This document shows, piece after piece, positions 7,991 to 8,038 of a stretch of 8,038 nucleotides of DNA (its first letter is position 1; each line of letters starts with the position of its first letter). The notes below the pieces were generated by a model that saw nothing but the letters and a program-made list of their open reading frames with translations, made no database searches and had not been told where the DNA came from. Origin of the DNA: Octopus sinensis (Eukaryota); contig NW_021828660.1 in assembly GCF_006345805.1 (NCBI RefSeq), positions 1 to 8,038 on the forward strand. Reading direction: 5' to 3'. Position numbers and translations under genes: made by a program.

Positions 7991-8008
7991 CACATACATA
8001 CATGCATA
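7991..8008. repeat. Resumption of the (CATA)n array after the nested insertions
   Basis: cacatacatacatgcat follows the right TSD. Confidence 0.6.
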
Positions 8009-8038
8009 AAGTTAATCCAAACATGAAAACACAAGGGG

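Overview
AT-rich, microsatellite-dense eukaryotic DNA. The SINE families look like those of octopus (cephalopod mollusc); this is recognition from memory, not a database hit. No intact protein-coding gene is supported, and almost all long ORFs in the track are translations of simple repeats or SINEs. The window is mostly a layered record of transposon insertions. (1) 1-201: minus-strand 5'-truncated L1/Tx1-type LINE fragment encoding a zf-RVT zinc knuckle, missed by the ORF track and abutting a (GATA)n array. (2) 3774-3992: tRNA-derived SINE with an exact 13-bp TSD. (3) 4895-8008: a single (CATA)n microsatellite that has absorbed a ~335-bp RTE-related non-autonomous element with a structured 3' domain, a mariner-derived MITE split by a SINE, and a 1.7-kb foldback-type Mutator (Phantom-like) element. 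The Mutator-like element has an exact 8-bp TSD, tandem-repeat TIRs and a decayed transposase, and itself carries two more copies of the SINE that splits the MITE. Weaker signals are a diverged ~225-bp tandem dimer (1251-1700), a CpG-rich TATA/CCAAT patch (~2980-3145) and three possible minus-strand exons.
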